A DNA stretch of 58,260 bases, counting the filler, from Porpidia crustulata (taxonomy: Eukaryota): NCBI GenBank assembly GCA_964255105.1. It is 2 parts of 2 records of this genome, joined end to end, with 100 filler letters (N's around TTAATTAATTAA, not from the genome) between each part and the next. Parts side by side here need not be neighbours in the genome. Positions count along the whole stretch, not along the records: positions 29,371 to 58,260 come from CAXUWE010000028.1; 1 more part is not named here. One strand, written 5' to 3'. Of the stretch, positions 52,701-58,260 are shown in pieces (the first letter of the stretch is position 1; each line of letters opens with the position of its first letter). The position numbers were made by a program, and so were the translations under genes. The notes beneath the pieces were generated by a model. It was not told where the DNA came from, did no database searches, and was given only the letters and a program-made list of their open reading frames with translations.

Positions 52701-54042
52701 GACCTCAGGAGGATCAACCAGGAGCACCGCAATACTGTTAGTCGATTGGTTGCAGAGATCCAGGAAGTAGTGCCTAAGATCGCAGAAGAAGAAACTAAGC
52801 TTGATGACATCAGAGAGCGTGGCTCAAGCAAAGAGAAGGAGTTGCAACAAGAAGCTTTTAAATTAGCAGATGGTGTCCATAAGCTGAATCTCGCGGATCA
52901 GAGCATCCAAGCGTATGTTCGCGGAGGCGGCTCCGCAATGGTAGAAACGTGTCACGAGGAAATCAACAGTGCTCAGAAAGAGATTGCCAAGAAAGAAGAG
53001 AACCAGAAACACATCATAGTCGAGATCAATAAACTCACCGAAGAATTGAGGAATCATGATGAGACAAAGCGAACGATTACAGACAACATCAATTATCGTC
53101 AAAGCCAGCGAGAGCTGGAGGCTATTCAAGCTGAAGGGGAACGGCTGAGCGAGCAGAATGCCGAAGCTGACCTGGAACATCACACGAAACAAGCAGAATA
53201 CTGGGATCAGCAGAAAAAAAAATTGTCAACAGCGGAAGCGAGTAAGATGGCGGTAATGGCGGAGAAAGATAGCCGGCTATTAGTTGAACTCAAGGATTGG
53301 GAAACGGACTACAAAGACGCTGCAAAAGAGTATAAGGAGGCCCACATTCTGGTTGAGGTAATTTGTTCCTGGAGATTTAGCTATGATTGTATAATGACGG
53401 TATCAGACAAGAAAGGCGGCGATAGAAGATCTCGGGCGATATGGGGGTGCACTTGACAAGTATGATCTTGGCTTAGAATGACGCTTGGTCATAAGTATGG
53501 GCTAAAATTCTGGCAGGGCAATCATGAGATACCATAGCATCAAGATGGAAGAGATTAATCGGATCATTGAAGAATTATGGAAGAAAACGTATCAGGGAAC
53601 TGACGTGGATACGATCCTGATACGGTCGGACAACGAAACGGCGAAAGGCAACCGATCGTATAATTATCGGGTGTGCATGATCAAACAAGACGCCGAGATG
53701 GACATGCGAGGCCGATGCAGTGCTGGTCAGAAGGTGCTTGCCTGTATTATCATCCGTCTCGCGCTGGCGGAGTGCTTTGGTGTCACCTGCGGGCTCATTG
53801 CTTTGGACGAGCCGACGACGAATCTCGACCATGACAACATCCGGTCTCTTGCCGAGTCTCTTCACGACATCATTCAGGCACGACGGCAGCAGACGAATTT
53901 CCAATTGATTGTCATCACTCACGACGAAGAATTTCTAAAGTATATGAAATGCGCCGATTTTGCCGACAATTACTACCGAGTTTCGAGGAACGATCGACAG
54001 AAGTCGCAAATAGAGCGACAATCTCTTATGGATATGCTGTGA
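49717..54042 (+). CDS. RAD50: DNA repair protein RAD50 (multi-exon)
   Basis: [15 protein letters not shown], Walker [28 protein letters not shown], zinc hook [24 protein letters not shown] and IVITHDE motifs. Confidence 0.97.
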
Positions 54043-54066
54043 ATTACGACATTACGAGTTATCGTT

Positions 54067-54363
54067 CACCAGGGGGTGACAAAAGTCAGTGGACTCAGCC
54101 CTACCACCACCAGAGCATCTCCCGCCCCACCAAAACATCGAATTTTGCTAATTACATGAGCCATCACCATAAATCCGATTCCATGGGTTTATCATCAAAT
54201 TCAATTAGGTGATCACAGCGCTATGATATTTCCTGAATGCGCGCCCGTATTTCCTCCATAGGTAGGTTGTGGGTGGGAACTGAAAGAACTTGATCAGTTA
54301 AAATAAATGTTTTGGTAGGGCCTCGGTAGGGCTGAGTCTACTGACTTTTGTCACCCCCTGGTG
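54067..54363. mobile_element. MITE-like non-autonomous DNA element (~297 bp)
   Basis: 39-bp terminal inverted repeats CACCAGGGGGTGACAAAAGTCAGTRGACTCAGCCCTACC (54067-54105 / 54325-54363, one mismatch), an inner inverted segment CCAAAACAT/ATGTTTTGG, and no coding capacity. Confidence 0.8.
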
Positions 54364-56038
54364 GTTCGTTTTCACAACCCCAAGCCAGGAGCAACGCTGG
54401 ATAATGAGGGACAGTGTCTAGTTGGACCGCAAAAACTGACTCGTTACGCCTCAGAGATTTCGGCTGAAACAAGTGGAATTGACTCGGCTGGGAAATGAGT
54501 GGCGTATAGTATCTGCCTTTCCCTCGATTGTGGTTCAATTATTTAGTACTTGACTATCTAATTGTAGACGCGGATACTTTATATGCAGATGAGAACGCGT
54601 CCGATTTGAGATAATCTTCTTACTTGTTATTAACATCTTAAATGTGAAATCGATCTAACACTGCTGAACGATAACTTCTAACCTTTTTCGAAATAACTGT
54701 CTAAATGACTATCTAGACTGCATACGTTTCAAACAAACTCTGATGAATGAACAAGTTATCGCTACAGATAGCGACAGCGAGTCTTTGCCAACCTAAGGAC
54801 GGAATGATAACGGAGATCATGCTGGCTTAAGTGACTGGCGATGGCTTTTTCGCTGGCATGAAAGTCTGTAACTCTGGCCAGGCGCACTCAGGCACATTAA
54901 CAATAAGAGTGGCATTTTTTAACCGAAAATCTCTCACCAAAACAACTACCATTCAACTTGTCAACTTAAGAGAGCGCCCTGCACTCCGATCTCGTCACCA
55001 GCGCTTACTAATGGCGCTGGTCGAACGGCAGCGAATGGTCCCTCGACGGTTCACGGGATTCTACGTTTGCGATGCACTATCACTGTTTCCTTCCCTACAC
55101 GTAATCACACGAAAGCCAGCTTTTAGATAGTCAGAACGAACAGTGAATGATTTGCTGCTAGACCGCCACTCATCTCTTAAGGCTTTCCACGTTTGGCAGA
55201 CTAGCATGAAACTCAATCACTACGGAACAGGAACCCAATTTTCGGGCAAACCCAATTCTACAGATCTGGGAACACATCCCGTATAGGTGTTGAAGGTGCA
55301 AGGGTCGATACATGAGGATTCCCCCAAGTTCATTGCTCAACGGTACACCAGAGAGATGGCGCCCCACGCTGTTGAAAGAAAAAATAAGGAGGGCAGCTGG
55401 ACCTACCCGTGAACTCCGCCCAGGAGTACCTAAGCCCCCCAAGACACACCCGAAATTGGTGACTCTTGGCTAGCTCTAGGGGCCGTCCTTGTCGTCGTTT
55501 ATTTTTTCAACATCTTGCCCCCTTTGGATGAAGCTTGGTCAGGACGGTTCGGGGAAATCCTTAGCATTACTGCGTCTTTCGTTAAGCCGTTAGACTCATC
55601 TCATGTTGCAAAGGATAACTCTAAAAACCAAAGCGATGCTCTTGTAGCCTACTAGCAGGGCACGATGGGCGAATGTCCTCATCTGGACGAAGGTGTACTG
55701 TATGCGCTATTGCAAACGATGCCTAGTGTGAGTCTTGAGGCGTTAAAATTGAGCGACTAAGTAGCTAATATAACAGTATGGCTTAAAGACACTTTATTGT
55801 CAATTAAGGTGTCTCTACAACTATCATCCAAATTGGTCTCAACTTAAATGTAATCCTCCTTGACCGTTCCAAATCGAGAAAAGGCTTCTGAAAGCATGAA
55901 TGCTACTCTAAAAAGGCCGACGAATTTTTCAATTCTATATAACAGCGGCCTCGGCACCGATGCTTCCACACCAACTGGTCGATAACTGCAATTGCTTGAC
56001 TGATTCCCATTCGACTATTCACAATTATCATTTACAAG

Positions 56039-57082
56039 ATGCTTTCTATATCAGCGACGATTTTGGTGGCGCTCGCAGCCTTGGCTGACCCTATTCTCGC
56101 TGGATGGTGCGTCTTTGTCCGCTTGCTATGCCATGGTATCCACATCCAACTAATGTGCTTCAAGTAACCAAGATAACTGTCTCGTATGTATTGCGTCGAT
56201 ATTGAAAAATGATACTCCCTGACAATCGTGCAGAGAGCGCTCAGCCAGGCTCCATCAGCCAATTCAGCCTTCTGCCAAAGCTATACCACTGGTCCCTACT
56301 ATGGCACTACCAATACAGAGGTTGCACTCCAGTGCTCCAGCACTGCGTCCTCTATTTCATCTGCCTGTTCGTGCTTCGTGACTCCCACCACGACAGCTAC
56401 ATCGACCACCTTGACGACACCTACCTCAATGTCGACGTCTACTACGTCCACCTCCACGTCTACCACTTCCAGCACCACAAGCTCGTCGACGCCAAGTGCT
56501 ACCCCGTGTGCCAAGAACGTATGCTTCTCTACCCATTTCAACAGCCAGTCAGTCCCTGTCGGCGACGTTCTCTACCTTAGCGCTGCATTCAAGCCCAAAT
56601 TTTCCACCAGTACTGCTGACGTCGCTTTCATCAACTCTCGAGTCACGATCAACGGTGCGGTCAGCCCGGTCGTACCCCCCAATTCATACATCCATTTGGA
56701 TTCCAGTCTGCAAAGCTGCAGCACCGCAGCCTACGCCAACGGCATGTACGAAACTACCGCCCCTCTCCCTGGCTCCGGCAACACCTTCTTGGCGGCCGTC
56801 AATATCCCCGTTCCTGCCGGGCAGAACTACGCCAATGCGGCCGTCACTTGGTGTGGAGATGTCGTCGCACCCGGCGAGATCGACGTCCAAATCGCCGCGG
56901 CGGTTTACACGTCCTGTTCCGACGCGATGGCCATGCCCGAAGCTTGCGAGACACACACACAATATCACGCTGGGGTCCCGACAGGCTGTTTGTCTTACTT
57001 GGTTCCGGGGGGTACAGGAGGAGGAGGAAGCAACTATTCGGGCTCGTTGTCTGCTACCTATCCGGTTTGCAAGACTGCTTAG
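56039..57082 (+). CDS. Secreted protein: signal peptide, Cys-rich fungal module, Ser/Thr linker and beta-rich C-terminal domain; 3 exons
   Basis: MLSISATILVALAALADPILAG|CNQDNCL|RALSQ..FC..C..SSACSC assembled across two GT-AG introns, then a S/T-rich stalk and a C-terminal domain ending GGTGGGGSNYSGSLSAT. Confidence 0.85.
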
Positions 57083-58260
57083 ATGGGGGACAATTTACAC
57101 TTGGCCAATAATGGAAGTGGATTGTACGGTAGGGAGTTCTTTTCGCATGCTAGTTCGCCAGCCAGGGGTAAGAAAGTTTAATTATTGTCGCTTATCTACA
57201 TGCCTTCAGCTGTGATCATCTCTGGGCCCAAATCAAGTTTCTCTTGTTGGAACCCCATTCGCGTGTTAGGTAATGAATCCTACTAATCAGGTATTGGACT
57301 GTAATGCTCTCAGCACCTTACGTTGTAGTCGTGCCGCCGAACAGTACTTCAAACATGAATTATACCTTATGTTGCGGGCTCTTTGCTAAGCTAAAACTAA
57401 ACCCGGGACTAGTAAAACGTTTCAACTCTAGATTGTAAACAGTATCGTGATGTCATTAGAAATCGGTCAGTAAGACCGAATCTAAGATATTCGATCCATA
57501 TTAAGCGACGGCATGAAAGATCTCTGTGCGTCTAACGACATTCAAATGACAATTGTCGCCGCGAATAGTCAGCCTCATCTCTTACTCAAATCTTCAGCCA
57601 TGCGTCAGTCTGCGATACCTTAGTGCTTTATCATCATGTGACTCGGTTCTCTGAGAACGAGCTTGAGGTCATTAAAGCTCTCGTCGTTAAGTTTGAATCC
57701 ACGTATCCAATACGATGGTTACGGGCCCGCCATTTTATTTGTGAGAAACTGCTTTCGTTTTCAGATAGAAACAATGCACAGCTCCTTGTTACCTAGCTAC
57801 TTCAAAACAATCGGAATAGACTTGGCTCTTAGGCTCATAGGCACTCTGTAACTATTGCCGGCCACATCGTCCCTTCACCCAGAGATGCATTCGGACTTCT
57901 CAGCAGCTAAATAGACACGAACGCAAATAGACTTCAAGCATTGGTACTCAGAGAACAAGGGCCAACTTTGTGCCCAGTTCAGCAGTGGGAAATCGGCTTC
58001 ATGATATCAAAACAAAGCCGTATGTTCAAGAGCTAATCAGTCAAAATAGAAACCAGCATCGAAGAGCATCGAAGCCGAACAAAAGCCCATTTGAATCCCA
58101 GTCTGACGAAACACCTGATGACCTCACTATTTCCATCATTGGCGTTGAAAGCTGCACATAGAAAATTTACATTAGAAATTTTTGAATCGATGTTAAAATT
58201 CGTCTATTCTGTTAGGGGCCTCCTAACTACCTAGCTATGGGGGTAAATCAACGAAGAAAT

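Noticed and set aside
56496..57215. 239-aa alternative-frame ORF
   Set aside because: Frame shadow of the GC-rich secreted-protein exon with no motifs.

Overview
Intron-rich genomic DNA from a filamentous ascomycete (Pezizomycotina). The window is two contigs joined by an artificial spacer (N44-TTAATTAATTAA-N44, 29271-29370). The left contig holds a Zn2Cys6 transcription factor, a TRI12-type MFS transporter, SMC5 and a tRNA gene. These are followed by ~17 kb of mostly decaying accessory genes: two ankyrin proteins, a methyltransferase, a PTH11-like protein, two O-methyltransferases (one intact, one broken by a solo LTR), an NAD-binding dehydrogenase and an A-T-TE-type NRPS-like relic. The right contig holds a Hmo1-like HMG protein, urease, an Artemis-like nuclease, a 2OG-Fe(II) oxygenase, FRG1, WC-2, RAD50, a MITE-like element and a secreted chimeric protein. 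The standout observation is a tRNA-Pro(TGG) gene (10938-11085, minus strand). Besides a normal 13-nt anticodon-loop intron, it is interrupted in the D-stem by a 63-nt insert with all hallmarks of a spliceosomal (GT-AG, branch-point) intron; removing both inserts gives a complete cloverleaf. All calls were made by eye from the sequence and the ORF track; no searches were run.
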